A stretch of 64,000 nucleotides of DNA, from positions 17,564-81,563 of the forward strand of contig CAOJDX010000001.1 of assembly GCA_948433435.1 (NCBI GenBank), written 5' to 3'. The translations under genes and the position numbers were made by a program. The notes under the pieces were generated by a model. That model worked only from the letters and a program-made list of their open reading frames with translations. It searched no databases and was not told where the DNA came from. This stretch comes from an uncultured Clostridia bacterium (GTDB taxonomy: Bacteria > Bacillota_I > Bacilli_A > RF39 > UBA660). Shown one piece after another: positions 17,438 to 27,816 of this stretch. How positions within the stretch are numbered: the first letter of the stretch is position 1; each line of letters starts with the position of its first letter.

Positions 17438-19990
17438 ATGAAAAGATGCGAAGTTAATAGAAATGATTTAAGTCCTATGATGCAACAATATATGGATATT
17501 AAAGATCAGTATGAAGATGCTATTTTATTTTTTCGGTTAGGTGACTTTTATGAAATGTTTTTTGATGATGCTATTCTTACTAGTCGAGAACTAGAACTTA
17601 CTTTAACTGGCAAAAATGCTGGATTAAGCGAAAAAGTTCCTATGTGTGGCATTCCTCATCATGCTTATGCAGGATATATTGATACTTTGATTGAAAGAGG
17701 CTATAAGGTAGCAATTTGTGAGCAAGTTGAAGATCCTAAGGCAACTAAAGGTGTAGTTAAGCGAGAAGTTATTCAAATTGTTACTCGTGGAACTAGACTT
17801 GATAATCGAGTAGATAGTAAAAGCAATAACTTTTTAGCTAATATTTATGATTTTGATAACTGTTATTGTATTAGTTATATAGATGTTTCTACAGGAGAAT
17901 TTTATTGTAAAATTATCGAAAAGGATAATCGAGAAATTATAAGAGAAGTTGTAAAAAATGGCTTTAATGAAGTTATTGTTAGTGATAATGTTGATAGAGG
18001 TTTAATTAATACGTTAAGATGTAACTATCACATTATTGTTACGATTACCAAGGATGTTTATGATAGAGATATTTATGCTTATATTTATCAAGATATCGAG
18101 GATGATCGGCTTGTTATTACAATTAAACATTTGCTTAGTTATATTGTTGATACTAAAAAAAAGGACTTAGTTCATTTGCAAAAAGTAGAAGTGATTCATA
18201 ACTGCAATACTCTTCTTTTTGATGTTAATACGAAAAGAAACTTAGAGTTAACAGAGACAATTCGTAATAAGGATCGTTTGTATAGTCTTTTGTGGCTTTT
18301 GGATAAGAATAAAACAGCTATGGGAAGTAGATATTTAAAATATAATATTGAAAATCCTCTTACAAATCGCAAAGAGATAGAAAGACGATATGATTTAGTC
18401 GAGAAACTTTCTACCCAATTTATTTTAAGGGATGATTTAATGAAGGAATTAGATCACGTATATGACCTTGAACGGTTAGTAGGGAGAGTTAGTTATGGAA
18501 ATTTAAATGCCAAAGATTTGCTACAGCTAAAAACATCTATTGCTTCTCTTCCAAAAATTAAGAATATCTTGGAGGAAATTGGGTATGATAAAGAAATAGA
18601 AACCTTTCCTGAATTGTATGATCTACTAGATAGAGCAATTAATGAAGATAGTCCGTTAACCCTTCATGAGGGCGGTTTGATTAAAGATGGATATCATTCT
18701 GAATTAGATGAACTTCGTAAAATTAGAAGTGGTTCTAAAGATTTTCTTCTAGAATTAGAACAAGTAGAAAAGACCAAAACGGGAATTAAGAATTTAAAAG
18801 TTGGTTACAATAAGATTTTTGGTTATTATATTGAAGTTAGTAAGGGGAATATTCCTTTAATTAAAGATGAATATGGTTGGGATAGGAAACAGACCTTGGC
18901 TAATTGCGAAAGGTTTACTACTCCTCTTTTAAAAGAAAAAGAAAATATTATTTTAGGCGCAGAAGAGAAAATTATCCACTTAGAATATAAATTGTTTATG
19001 GATATTCGAGAAGTTACTAAACGATATATTCGGTCTTTGCAAGAGAGCGCTAAAATTATTAGTGAAGTAGATATGTTGCAGGCTTTTTCTGTTGTTAGTG
19101 ATGAAAATAAATATGTTAGACCTAAATTAGTTGAAAGTAAGTCTATTAAAATGAAAGAATGTCGTCATCCTGTTGTAGAAAAGGTTATGAAAGATAAATA
19201 TATTGCTAATGATATTTTGATGGATCAAGATACTAATGTTCTTTTGATTACAGGTCCTAATATGGCTGGTAAATCTACTTATATGAGACAATGTGCTATC
19301 AGTGTTATCATGGCACAAATCGGCTCTTTTGTTCCTTGTAAAAGTTGTGAAATGCCAATTTTTGATAAGATATTTACTCGTATCGGGGCGAGTGATGATT
19401 TGGTAAGTGGAGAATCTACTTTCATGGTGGAAATGAAAGAAGCAGGGTATGCCATCGATCAGGCAACAGAAGATAGTTTAGTTTTGTTTGATGAGCTAGG
19501 AAGAGGCACAGCTACTTATGATGGAATGGCCTTAGCTCAAGCAATTCTTGAATATATTCATCAGCATATTAAAGCTAAGACTATGTTTTCTACTCACTAT
19601 CATGAATTAACAGATTTGGCTCGTGAATTACCTCTTTTGAAAAATGTTCATGTTTCTGCAGTTGAGGAAGATGGAAAAATCACTTTTCTACATAAGGTAA
19701 AAAGTGGAGCGGTAGATAAAAGTTATGGAATTCATGTGGCTAGTTTGGCTGGTCTTCCTAAATCCTTGATTCAAAGAAGTGAACAAATTTTAAAAAACTA
19801 TGAAAGTAAGGATACTCATAAACAGGAATTTAAACAAACTTCTCTTTTTGAATTAGGAGTAGAAGAGAAAACGGAAGAAATTAATTTTATTGAAGAAAAG
19901 ATAAAGGGAATAAATCCACTAGAAATGACTCCAATGGATGCAATTAATTTTTTATATGAAATTAAAAAAGAATTAAAGGAAAAAAGGTGA
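17438..19990 (+). CDS. mutS: DNA mismatch repair protein MutS
   Basis: 850 aa. N-terminal TPMMQQY..IK......LFFR.GDFYE, Walker A GPNMAGKST, DELGRGT, and a C-terminal HTH region. Confidence 0.95.
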   Translation: MKRCEVNRNDLSPMMQQYMDIKDQYEDAILFFRLGDFYEMFFDDAILTSRELELTLTGKNAGLSEKVPMCGIPHHAYAGYIDTLIERGYKVAICEQVEDPKATKGVVKREVIQIVTRGTRLDNRVDSKSNNFLANIYDFDNCYCISYIDVSTGEFYCKIIEKDNREIIREVVKNGFNEVIVSDNVDRGLINTLRCNYHIIVTITKDVYDRDIYAYIYQDIEDDRLVITIKHLLSYIVDTKKKDLVHLQKVEVIHNCNTLLFDVNTKRNLELTETIRNKDRLYSLLWLLDKNKTAMGSRYLKYNIENPLTNRKEIERRYDLVEKLSTQFILRDDLMKELDHVYDLERLVGRVSYGNLNAKDLLQLKTSIASLPKIKNILEEIGYDKEIETFPELYDLLDRAINEDSPLTLHEGGLIKDGYHSELDELRKIRSGSKDFLLELEQVEKTKTGIKNLKVGYNKIFGYYIEVSKGNIPLIKDEYGWDRKQTLANCERFTTPLLKEKENIILGAEEKIIHLEYKLFMDIREVTKRYIRSLQESAKIISEVDMLQAFSVVSDENKYVRPKLVESKSIKMKECRHPVVEKVMKDKYIANDILMDQDTNVLLITGPNMAGKSTYMRQCAISVIMAQIGSFVPCKSCEMPIFDKIFTRIGASDDLVSGESTFMVEMKEAGYAIDQATEDSLVLFDELGRGTATYDGMALAQAILEYIHQHIKAKTMFSTHYHELTDLARELPLLKNVHVSAVEEDGKITFLHKVKSGAVDKSYGIHVASLAGLPKSLIQRSEQILKNYESKDTHKQEFKQTSLFELGVEEKTEEINFIEEKIKGINPLEMTPMDAINFLYEIKKELKEKR

Positions 19991-19999
19991 ATTTAAAGA

Positions 20000-20599
20000 A
20001 TGAAACAAAAAGGAGCTAAAATTTATAGTGCATTAATTAATTTTCTACGAATTTGTATTATTGTATTATTAGTTGTTAAAGTAGTAATGAATGACTTTCA
20101 ATTTATCCACTACTTATTAACAACTTTTCTTTTTACTTTTTATGACAAAATTTTACAAAAATATTTACATTTTCGTTTTGGTTCGTTTGTAAGTAGTCTC
20201 CTTTTAATTTTTATTTTTTTATCTCAAGTTTTAGGAAGAACGTTCGAGTTTTATACTACAGTTTTCTTTTGGGATATTCTTTTACATACAATAGCAGGAG
20301 TTTTATTTTATTTTATGGGAAAAGAACTTATTTTACATTTTAATCAACAACCCTTAAAAGAAGTTGTATTAATTTTAGCTTGTGTTTCGTTTGCTTTAGC
20401 AATAGGTGTTATTTGGGAAATAGCTGAGTTTACTTATGATTGGCTTTTTATTAAAAATACTCAAGAAGCGCGAGGATTGATTGGAATGGAAGCTATTATT
20501 GATACTATGAGTGATTTGATTGTCTTGACAGTAGGAGCTTTTTCTTCAATTATCTTTGATTATTTTCAATATCATAAAAAAAGGAAGATGATGAGTTAA
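20000..20599 (+). CDS. polytopic membrane protein (possibly DUF2238/YjdF-like)
   Basis: 199 aa with ~5 TM segments. WDILLHTIAG and WEIAEF motifs are reminiscent of the YjdF family. Weak call. Confidence 0.3.
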   Translation: MKQKGAKIYSALINFLRICIIVLLVVKVVMNDFQFIHYLLTTFLFTFYDKILQKYLHFRFGSFVSSLLLIFIFLSQVLGRTFEFYTTVFFWDILLHTIAGVLFYFMGKELILHFNQQPLKEVVLILACVSFALAIGVIWEIAEFTYDWLFIKNTQEARGLIGMEAIIDTMSDLIVLTVGAFSSIIFDYFQYHKKRKMMS

Positions 20600-20661
20600 A
20601 TTATTTATTTTTTATACTGACTTTTCTTTAGGGATATGATAGAATTAAGTAGGTGATATAA

Positions 20662-21069
20662 ATGAAAAATAGAAGCGAATTAAGAGAAATTATTATGAAA
20701 TGTCTCTATCAAATATTTGTTCTTAAAAATACTAATTTAGAGTATGACACTTCAGAAATCATCCATGAACAATTGGAAGTAGAAAATGAATTTGTTTCTA
20801 CGATGATTAGTGGTATATTAGAGCATTTAGAAGATATTAAAATTATGGCTAATCAATATTTGGTAGATTGGAAGATAGAGCGTTTGAATTTAGTTGATCA
20901 AAGTATTATTTGTATTGGAATTTATGAATTAAAATATACAGATACTCCATCAATTGTTGCAATCAATGAAGCAATAGAACTTTCTAAGAGATATTCTGAT
21001 GAGGCTGTAACCAAGATGATTAATGGTGTTTTAGATAATATTTATCATAGTGAGGAAAATAATGGATGA
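20662..21069 (+). CDS. nusB: transcription antitermination factor NusB
   Basis: 135 aa. NusB-like helical protein (R...R..ALQ-type N-terminus, INE..ELSK.Y). nusB-xseA synteny. Confidence 0.8.
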   Translation: MKNRSELREIIMKCLYQIFVLKNTNLEYDTSEIIHEQLEVENEFVSTMISGILEHLEDIKIMANQYLVDWKIERLNLVDQSIICIGIYELKYTDTPSIVAINEAIELSKRYSDEAVTKMINGVLDNIYHSEENNG

Positions 21070-22315
21070 TAAGTATATTAGTATTAGTCAATTAACTAGA
21101 TATATTAAGTATAAGATTGAGCAAGATGTTCATTTACAAGAGGTTTTTTTAAGGGGTGAAATATCTAATTTTAAAGCTCATAGCAGAGGTCATTTTTACT
21201 TTACCTTAAAGGACGAAGAAGCTAGAATTAATGCAGTTATGTTTGCAAGTAGTGCTACTAAGGTTAAGTTTATGCCTCAAGATGGAATGAAAGTTCTAAT
21301 CTCGGGTAAAGTTAGTGTGTATCCAGCTAATGGAGGCTACCAAGTATATGTTAATGAAATGTTAGAAGATGGAATTGGTAATCTGTATATTGCTTTTGAG
21401 CAATTAAAGAAAAAATTAGCCGCAGAGGGAATGTTTGATGAGTGTCATAAAAAGACAATTCCCCGAATTCCTATGCATATTGGAGTGGTTACTGCACCAA
21501 CTGGTGCTGCTATTCGTGATATTACATCGACGATTAAAAGAAGATGGCCTATGGCAGAAGTTATTTTGTTTCCAGCACTTGTTCAAGGAGAATTTGCTAA
21601 AGATAGTGTTGTTCAACAAATAAAAAAAGCTGATAATTTTCAGTTGGATGTTTTGATTGTTGGTCGTGGAGGAGGTTCTATCGAAGATTTATGGTGTTTT
21701 AACGAAGAGGAAGTAGCTAGAGCAATTTATCAAGCCAAGACACCAATTATTAGTGCTGTTGGGCATGAGGTAGATTTTACTATTGCCGATTTTGTTAGCG
21801 ATATGCGGGCACCAACTCCAACTGGAGCAGCAGAAATGGCTGTTCCTAGTAAAAGTGATGTGGAAAATTATGTAAAACAATTAGATATTCGACTTCATAA
21901 AGTAATACAAAATAAAATGACTTTTTGTAGGGAAAGATTAGAACAGATTATGTCACGTCCTATTTTTAAAGATCCTATTAGTATTTATTATATTAAGGAA
22001 CAGTTATTTTCTAATTTATTAGATAAACTCCGTTATTGTGTTGTTAGTTTGTATACATTAAAAAGTAATCAATATCAAAAGGTATTACAGAGTATTATTT
22101 TTAAAAATCCGGAGAGCCTAATAGAAAGAGAAAAAAATAAATATTTAATGTTACTTAGTAAATTGGAAACATTAAGTCCTATTCTTACGATGAAAAGAGG
22201 TTATTCTATTATAAGAAAAAATGGTGAAATTATTCATAGTGTTCAAAAAATACAAAAAGAAGATTTACTAGAACTTGAGATAAGTGATGGAAAGGTTAAC
22301 GTGGAGGTAGTATAA
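21062..22315 (+). CDS. xseA: exodeoxyribonuclease VII large subunit
   Basis: ATG at 21062 after GAGGA. OB-fold N-terminus (ISISQLT.YIK...E......V.L.GEISNFK.HSRGH.YFTLKD) and catalytic core GVVT...GAAI.D...T...R. Confidence 0.9.
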   Translation: MDDKYISISQLTRYIKYKIEQDVHLQEVFLRGEISNFKAHSRGHFYFTLKDEEARINAVMFASSATKVKFMPQDGMKVLISGKVSVYPANGGYQVYVNEMLEDGIGNLYIAFEQLKKKLAAEGMFDECHKKTIPRIPMHIGVVTAPTGAAIRDITSTIKRRWPMAEVILFPALVQGEFAKDSVVQQIKKADNFQLDVLIVGRGGGSIEDLWCFNEEEVARAIYQAKTPIISAVGHEVDFTIADFVSDMRAPTPTGAAEMAVPSKSDVENYVKQLDIRLHKVIQNKMTFCRERLEQIMSRPIFKDPISIYYIKEQLFSNLLDKLRYCVVSLYTLKSNQYQKVLQSIIFKNPESLIEREKNKYLMLLSKLETLSPILTMKRGYSIIRKNGEIIHSVQKIQKEDLLELEISDGKVNVEVV

Positions 22316-22316
22316 T

Positions 22317-22544
22317 ATGGCTAAAAATGAAAAAAGTTTTGAAGAAAGTTTAAATGAATTGGAAAAAATTGTAAAAGAGTTGGAAAGTGGAGAAGTTAAT
22401 CTTGATAATGCCATTCAACAATATTCTGATGCAATGAAACTTTCTAAAATTTGTAGTGAAAAATTAAAAAATGCAGAAGAAGCAATTAATAAAATTGTAA
22501 AAGATGATGGAAGTATAGAAGAATTTAAAAATATAGAAGAATAG
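22317..22544 (+). CDS. xseB: exodeoxyribonuclease VII small subunit
   Basis: 75 aa. FEE.L.ELE.IV..LE.GE..LD motif, immediately after xseA. Confidence 0.9.
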   Translation: MAKNEKSFEESLNELEKIVKELESGEVNLDNAIQQYSDAMKLSKICSEKLKNAEEAINKIVKDDGSIEEFKNIEE

Positions 22545-22554
22545 AGGTGATATT

Positions 22555-23778
22555 ATGAAATTTTGTACAATGAGCGAAGAAGAGTTTAGAGAATTTTATA
22601 ATACATCTAGTCAAAGAACTTTTTTGCAAACACCAGAGATTGGAAAATTACGCCAAAAAGCAGGTTGGCTTGTTCATTATGTAGGTGTAAAGAAAGAAGA
22701 AAAAATAGTGGCTGCAACTATGATGGTTTCAATTACCCGGCATTTTGGAAAAAAGGAATTTTATGCTCCAAGAGGTTTTTTACTTGATTATCAAGATAAA
22801 GAATTATTAACTTTTTTTACGAATGAAGTAAAAAAATATGTTAAAAATAATAAAGGATATCAATTTAGAATAGATCCATATTTGATTCATGTTGAACGAG
22901 ATACTAATGGAGAAATAATTGAAGATGGAATTGATAATTCAATGGTAAGACAGTTTTTGCAGGAACTTGGATATACTCGTGTAAAAAAAGAGGATATGGA
23001 GCAAGTTGGTTGGATGTATGTTTTAGATATTGAGGGAAAAACGGAAGATCAAATTTTAAAAAATTTGAAGCCCAACACTCGTAATACTATTCGCAAAACT
23101 TTAAAAAATGGAATTTCTATTCAAGAATTGGAAAAAAAAGATTTAAAAGAATTTCATCGGATTATGGTGGAAACAGGTAAAAGAAAAGGATTTGCCATTA
23201 GAAATTTAAAGTATTTTGAGGATATGTATGATTTGTATACTCCAAGAGAGGAAATTAAATATTTAATTACAAAATTAGATTTAAAGAAACATATTAAATT
23301 ATTAAAAGATGAACGAAATAAGTGTATCATAGAAAAAGAAAGTTTGAATGATGCCAAATATAATGATGGTAAAAGAAAAGCCTTTAATGAGCAAATTGAA
23401 GGTATTAATAAACGAATTCAAAGTGCAGAAGATATTCGAAAAAAAGATGGTGATGTGATTACCTTATCTGGTTCCATGTTTATGCTTACTGATCCAGAAG
23501 TGATTTATTTATCAAGTGGAAATTATGAAGAATATATGAATTATAATTCACAATATTTAATTCAATGGGAAATGATTAAATATGGAATTAAACATGGTTT
23601 TAAACGATATAATTTTTATGGAATTACTGGTAATTTTGATAAAAATGATAAAGATTATGGAATTTATGAATTTAAAACTGGTTTTAATGGTTATGTTGAG
23701 GAATTAATTGGTGAATATGTTATGCCGACTTCTTTTGTCTATTATCTTTTGAAATTTATTCATAAAATTAGAAAATAA
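22555..23778 (+). CDS. FemAB-family peptidoglycan interpeptide-bridge aminoacyltransferase
   Basis: 407 aa. FemABX layout: N-terminal FLQT.E....R...GW, a central coiled-coil insert, and C-terminal Y.FYGI.G. Confidence 0.75.
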   Translation: MKFCTMSEEEFREFYNTSSQRTFLQTPEIGKLRQKAGWLVHYVGVKKEEKIVAATMMVSITRHFGKKEFYAPRGFLLDYQDKELLTFFTNEVKKYVKNNKGYQFRIDPYLIHVERDTNGEIIEDGIDNSMVRQFLQELGYTRVKKEDMEQVGWMYVLDIEGKTEDQILKNLKPNTRNTIRKTLKNGISIQELEKKDLKEFHRIMVETGKRKGFAIRNLKYFEDMYDLYTPREEIKYLITKLDLKKHIKLLKDERNKCIIEKESLNDAKYNDGKRKAFNEQIEGINKRIQSAEDIRKKDGDVITLSGSMFMLTDPEVIYLSSGNYEEYMNYNSQYLIQWEMIKYGIKHGFKRYNFYGITGNFDKNDKDYGIYEFKTGFNGYVEELIGEYVMPTSFVYYLLKFIHKIRK

Positions 23779-23875
23779 AGGTATCTTTAAATTTAAAATA
23801 GAAAAATTTACTAACTTAATTTTAAGAATATGTGTTCATAATAATAATGTAGTTTGGTTTTTAGGAGATGATGTT

Positions 23876-24859
23876 ATGAAAGTTAAAAACAAACTACTTG
23901 TATTATGGACTTTTCTTCTTTTCATAGTACCTATTAATATTTTTGCATACTCTGATTATATTATACCAGGTGGTGAAAATGTTGGAATAGAAGTTAATTC
24001 AAAAGGAGTTTTAGTGGTTGGTTTTTATAAAGTAGACGATAAGTTTATTGCAAGGGACAGTGGCTTTTTAGTCGGAGACTCTATTATAAAGGTTAATGGT
24101 AAAGAAATAGGTTCGATCGATGATATGGTTAGTGTAATAAAAGAAAGTGGTAATCAGAATATTAAGTTTACAATTAATAGAGATGATATGGAAAAAGAAA
24201 TTATCTTAATGGAAAATGTGGATAAAAATGGTGTTTATAAGACAGGAATGTATGTTAAAGATAAGATTATAGGAATAGGAACACTAACTTATATTGATCC
24301 TAATACAAAGATATTTGGTGCTTTGGGACATGAGATTAATGAAAAAACAACAGCTGAGAGATTTGAGATTAAGGATGGAAAAATTTTTAAGTCTAATGTT
24401 ACTGGCATAGAAAGAAGTGAAAGTGGTAGTGCAGGTGAAAAAAAAGCAGAGTATGATACTAATACTGTGTATGGAAAAGTAGATGAAAATACAAAATCAG
24501 GAATATTTGGAGATTATACTGATACTCTTCCTAATACAAATGCTTTAAAGGTAGCGAGTAGAGATGAGGTTAGAACTGGTGAAGCAACTATTAGAACGGT
24601 TATTGATCAAAATAAAGTAGAAGAGTTTAAAATTAATATTATTAAGATTGATAAGACGAATGAAACAAAAAATATTTTATTTGAGGTAACAGATTCATCC
24701 TTACTAGAGAAAACTGGTGGTGTTGTACAAGGAATGAGTGGTTCCCCAATTATTCAGAATGAAATGATTGTAGGAGCAGTTACTCATGTTATTGTTAATG
24801 ACACTACTAAGGGATATGGAATATTTATTACAACTATGCTAAAAGAAGGAGAGGATTAG
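23876..24859 (+). CDS. spoIVB: SpoIVB peptidase (S55)
   Basis: 327 aa. Signal anchor, PDZ (GD.IIKVNGKEI), GTLTYIDP....FGALGH, catalytic GMSGSPIIQN....GAVTHV. Confidence 0.9.
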   Translation: MKVKNKLLVLWTFLLFIVPINIFAYSDYIIPGGENVGIEVNSKGVLVVGFYKVDDKFIARDSGFLVGDSIIKVNGKEIGSIDDMVSVIKESGNQNIKFTINRDDMEKEIILMENVDKNGVYKTGMYVKDKIIGIGTLTYIDPNTKIFGALGHEINEKTTAERFEIKDGKIFKSNVTGIERSESGSAGEKKAEYDTNTVYGKVDENTKSGIFGDYTDTLPNTNALKVASRDEVRTGEATIRTVIDQNKVEEFKINIIKIDKTNETKNILFEVTDSSLLEKTGGVVQGMSGSPIIQNEMIVGAVTHVIVNDTTKGYGIFITTMLKEGED

Positions 24860-24943
24860 AAATAATCTTCTTTTTGTATACTTTTTATTTTTTTGAGCAT
24901 AATAAAAATGGAAATATTTTGAAGATGGATTCAGTATGAAAGG

Positions 24944-25669
24944 ATGAAGATCAGTATGGATATAATTGAGGCTTTGGAAATAATTCCCAAATGTATCTTA
25001 TCTATTATTATATTATTTATTGTTACAAAAATAATAGGAAAAAAGCAAGTTTCTCAATTAAGTTTATTTGATTATGTTGTTGGGATTTCGATTGGAAATT
25101 TTATTGCCGAAATGGTCATTAATAAAGAAGTACAATATATAGATGGAGTAGTGGCAATGTTAGTATTTGGAATTTTTTCTTATATTGTATCTTGGATTAC
25201 CATGAAAAGTATTGTTTTTAGAAGATTTATTATTGGTGTTCCTACTATGATTGTAGAAGATGGAAAGATTATCGAAGCAGGTCTGAAAAAGACTAATATT
25301 GATATTAATGACTTTTTGGAGCAATGTAGGTTGCAAGGATATTTTGATATTAATGATATTAGTTATGCCATTATGGAGGCTAGTGGAGATATTAGTATTC
25401 TTCCTAAAAGTAATGCTACTCCTATTGTCCAAAAAGATATGAAAATAAAAGGTAGTAATGCTACTATTACTGCTAATTTAATTATTGATGGCAAATTTAT
25501 GAACAAGAATATCAAGGGTTGTAATTTGACTCTTAAACAAATAAGAGATGAACTTAGAAAGCAAGGCTTTACATCGGAAGATGAAATTTTATTAGGGATT
25601 TATTCCAATAATAAAATGATCTTTTATAAAAAAGATGTACCTACTAAAAACTACTCTTTGTTAGAATAG
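24944..25669 (+). CDS. DUF421 (YetF-like) membrane protein
   Basis: 241 aa. GKKQVSQLSLFDYVVGISIGN motif, two or three N-terminal TM segments, soluble C-terminal domain. Confidence 0.65.
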   Translation: MKISMDIIEALEIIPKCILSIIILFIVTKIIGKKQVSQLSLFDYVVGISIGNFIAEMVINKEVQYIDGVVAMLVFGIFSYIVSWITMKSIVFRRFIIGVPTMIVEDGKIIEAGLKKTNIDINDFLEQCRLQGYFDINDISYAIMEASGDISILPKSNATPIVQKDMKIKGSNATITANLIIDGKFMNKNIKGCNLTLKQIRDELRKQGFTSEDEILLGIYSNNKMIFYKKDVPTKNYSLLE

Positions 25670-25747
25670 GATTAATTTTTATAATTTATATATTTTGTTT
25701 AATTATTATGTAGTTTAAAATTTTTCTTTCCTTTAATATAAATAAAA

Positions 25748-25777
25748 AGACTCAATGTTGAATTGAGTGCTTTTTTA
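25748..25777. terminator. bidirectional rho-independent terminator
   Basis: Stem ACTCAAT/ATTGAGT with a GTTGA loop, flanked by an A-run on one side and a T-run on the other. It serves the DUF421 gene (+) and the 30-aa ORF (-). Confidence 0.6.
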
Positions 25778-25867
25778 TATAAAGTAAATTACTAGCATTC
25801 CAAAAAAACCTATTAACATTACTATTAGTAATAATAAAGAGATACCTTTTACTAATTTTTTATTCAT
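25775..25867 (-). CDS. 30-aa hydrophobic small peptide (not in ORF track)
   Basis: Hand-translated as MNKKLVKGISLLLLIVMLIGFFGMLVIYFI. GAGGTG lies 6 nt upstream of the ATG. The stop abuts the bidirectional terminator. Confidence 0.4.
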   Translation of the reverse strand: MNKKLVKGISLLLLIVMLIGFFGMLVIYFI

Positions 25868-25963
25868 TTTTACACCTCAAATATAATTATAAAATAAATG
25901 TATAAAAAAGTAAAATATATTATTAATAATTTAGAATATGCTTTCATAGTATTTAGTGGTGAT

Positions 25964-26593
25964 ATGATGGACAAGTCTAAATATAAAAAAGAGTATAAAA
26001 GAAATACAAAAAGAAGATTATTTAAAATTTTGATGATTATGACTGTTATTAGTTTTGTTTTCGGGGTGTTTTATGTTGCTGTTATTTCTAATGCTGATAA
26101 AAGTCTAATCAAGAATAGTTTTGAACAATTTTTTGAAGGTATTCATAATAATCATTATAATCAAGTAGATGCCTTAATTAAATGTCTTTTATCTAATGTT
26201 TTACTAACGTTTTTAGTATGGATTTTAGGTATTTCTATCATTGGAATACCTGTTAGTATTCTTTATCTAATTTTTAAGAGTTTTGTTTTCGGGTTTTCTT
26301 TTAGTAGCATCATTTATACTTATGGTGTAAAGGGAATTATGCCCAGTATAATTTATTCTTTTCCATTACTGATTAATTTAATTATTATATTTCTACTTAC
26401 ATTTTATGCTGTTAATTTTTCTCAAAAGTTATATTTACTATTATTTAAAAGAAAAGATATTAATTTAAACAGAATGGTTAAAGTTTATTCTAAGTTTTTA
26501 GTTATTTTATTGATTATTATGTCAATTAGTTGTTTTATTTCAAGTTATGTTGTTCCAATTTTAATAAATTCTTTTACAAATAAGCTTATTTAA
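25964..26593 (+). CDS. spoIIM: stage II sporulation protein M
   Basis: [29 protein letters not shown] closely matches B. subtilis SpoIIM [29 protein letters not shown]. The start is uncertain: the ORF opens at 25898, and ATGs at 25964/25967 follow GGTGA. Confidence 0.6.
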   Translation: [209 protein letters not shown]

Positions 26594-26624
26594 GGTATAA
26601 TTTATTAGTAATTGAGGTGGTAGT

Positions 26625-27740
26625 ATGAGACAAAAGACAGTGGTTATTGGGATGAGTGGGGGAGTTGATTCTTCTGTTGCTGCTATTTTATTAAAAGAGC
26701 AAGGTTATCATGTGATTGGACTTTTCATGCGAAATTGGGATAGTTCTATCAATAATGATTATTTAGGGAATCCTAATATTAATACTAGTGATATTTGTCC
26801 TCAGGAAAAAGATTATAATGATGCTGTAAAAGTATGTGAAAAAATCGGTATTAAACTTTATAGAATTGATTTTGTAAAAGAATATTGGGATTATGTTTTT
26901 CGATATTTTTTAGAGGAATTAAAAAAAGGGAGAACTCCTAATCCAGATATTATGTGTAATAAATATATTAAATTTGATTATTTTGTTCGAGAAGCAAGAA
27001 AGTTAGGTGCTGATTATATTGCTACTGGTCACTATGCCAAAATAGAAAATGGTTACTTAAAGAGAAGCAAAGACACCAATAAAGATCAAACTTACTTTTT
27101 GTCACAAGTTTCAAGAGAACAATTACAGAATGTTATATTTCCTCTCGGAAATATAGAAAAAAAAGAAGTTAGGAAGATTGCTTTGAAACATAATTTGATT
27201 ACAGCCAATAAAAAAGATTCTACAGGAATTTGTTTTATTGGAGAAAGAAATTTCAAACATTTTTTAGAAAATTATTTACCTAATATACCAGGAGATATTG
27301 TTAATATCGAAAATCAAAAAAAAATAGGAAAACATATTGGATTGATGTATTATACAATTGGTCAAAGAAAAGGACTTGACGTAGGCGGAACAAAGGATAA
27401 GTTATTTGTTGTTGGTAAAGATTTAAATAAGAATATTTTGTATGTATGTGAAGGAGAAGAAAATTCATATTTATATTCAACTAGTTGTATTCTTGAAGAG
27501 ATTAACTTTAACTGTAGCTTAAGACCAACTAATTGTACTGCTAAATTTAGATATCGCCAGCAAGATCATGAAGTGTTTATTGAATATTTAGAGGATGGAA
27601 ATTTGCTAGTTCGATATAGTTATATTAAGAGTGTTACTCCTGGGCAAGCATGTGTCTTATATTTAGATGATCTTTGTTTAGGAGGCGGTATTGTTAAAGA
27701 GGTTAGAAGAGATGATGAGAAGTTATGGTATTTATTATAG
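26625..27740 (+). CDS. mnmA: tRNA 2-thiouridine(34) synthase MnmA
   Basis: 371 aa. PP-loop VIGMSGGVDSSVAA, NPD..CN..IKF, KDQTYFL, DS.GICFIGE. Confidence 0.95.
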   Translation: MRQKTVVIGMSGGVDSSVAAILLKEQGYHVIGLFMRNWDSSINNDYLGNPNINTSDICPQEKDYNDAVKVCEKIGIKLYRIDFVKEYWDYVFRYFLEELKKGRTPNPDIMCNKYIKFDYFVREARKLGADYIATGHYAKIENGYLKRSKDTNKDQTYFLSQVSREQLQNVIFPLGNIEKKEVRKIALKHNLITANKKDSTGICFIGERNFKHFLENYLPNIPGDIVNIENQKKIGKHIGLMYYTIGQRKGLDVGGTKDKLFVVGKDLNKNILYVCEGEENSYLYSTSCILEEINFNCSLRPTNCTAKFRYRQQDHEVFIEYLEDGNLLVRYSYIKSVTPGQACVLYLDDLCLGGGIVKEVRRDDEKLWYLL

Positions 27741-27816
27741 CTTCTTTTTTTATGTCAATTTACACTTGACTATTTACATAAAACTGATAAAATTAATTAT
27801 AGGAGGGTAGTAAAAG

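Noticed and set aside
5024-21880. Short alternative-frame or antisense ORFs: 5024-5287, 5076-5270, 9181-9465, 9583-9792, 9914-10204, 13427-13651, 16549-16824, 19127-19318, 21416-21619, 21435-21623, 21689-21880
   Set aside because: Each is embedded in a confidently identified gene (lepA, tmk, gspE-like, ylbJ, FkbM, mutS, xseA). They are typical shadow ORFs of AT-rich DNA.
27771-27798. dif-like half-site: the reverse complement contains TTATGTAAATA, resembling the XerD arm TTATGTAAACT
   Set aside because: The would-be XerC arm (AATTAATTTTA) lacks the conserved ..ATAA/AGAA inner palindrome. The same bases are better explained as the TTGACT-16-TAAAAT promoter of the HTH gene.
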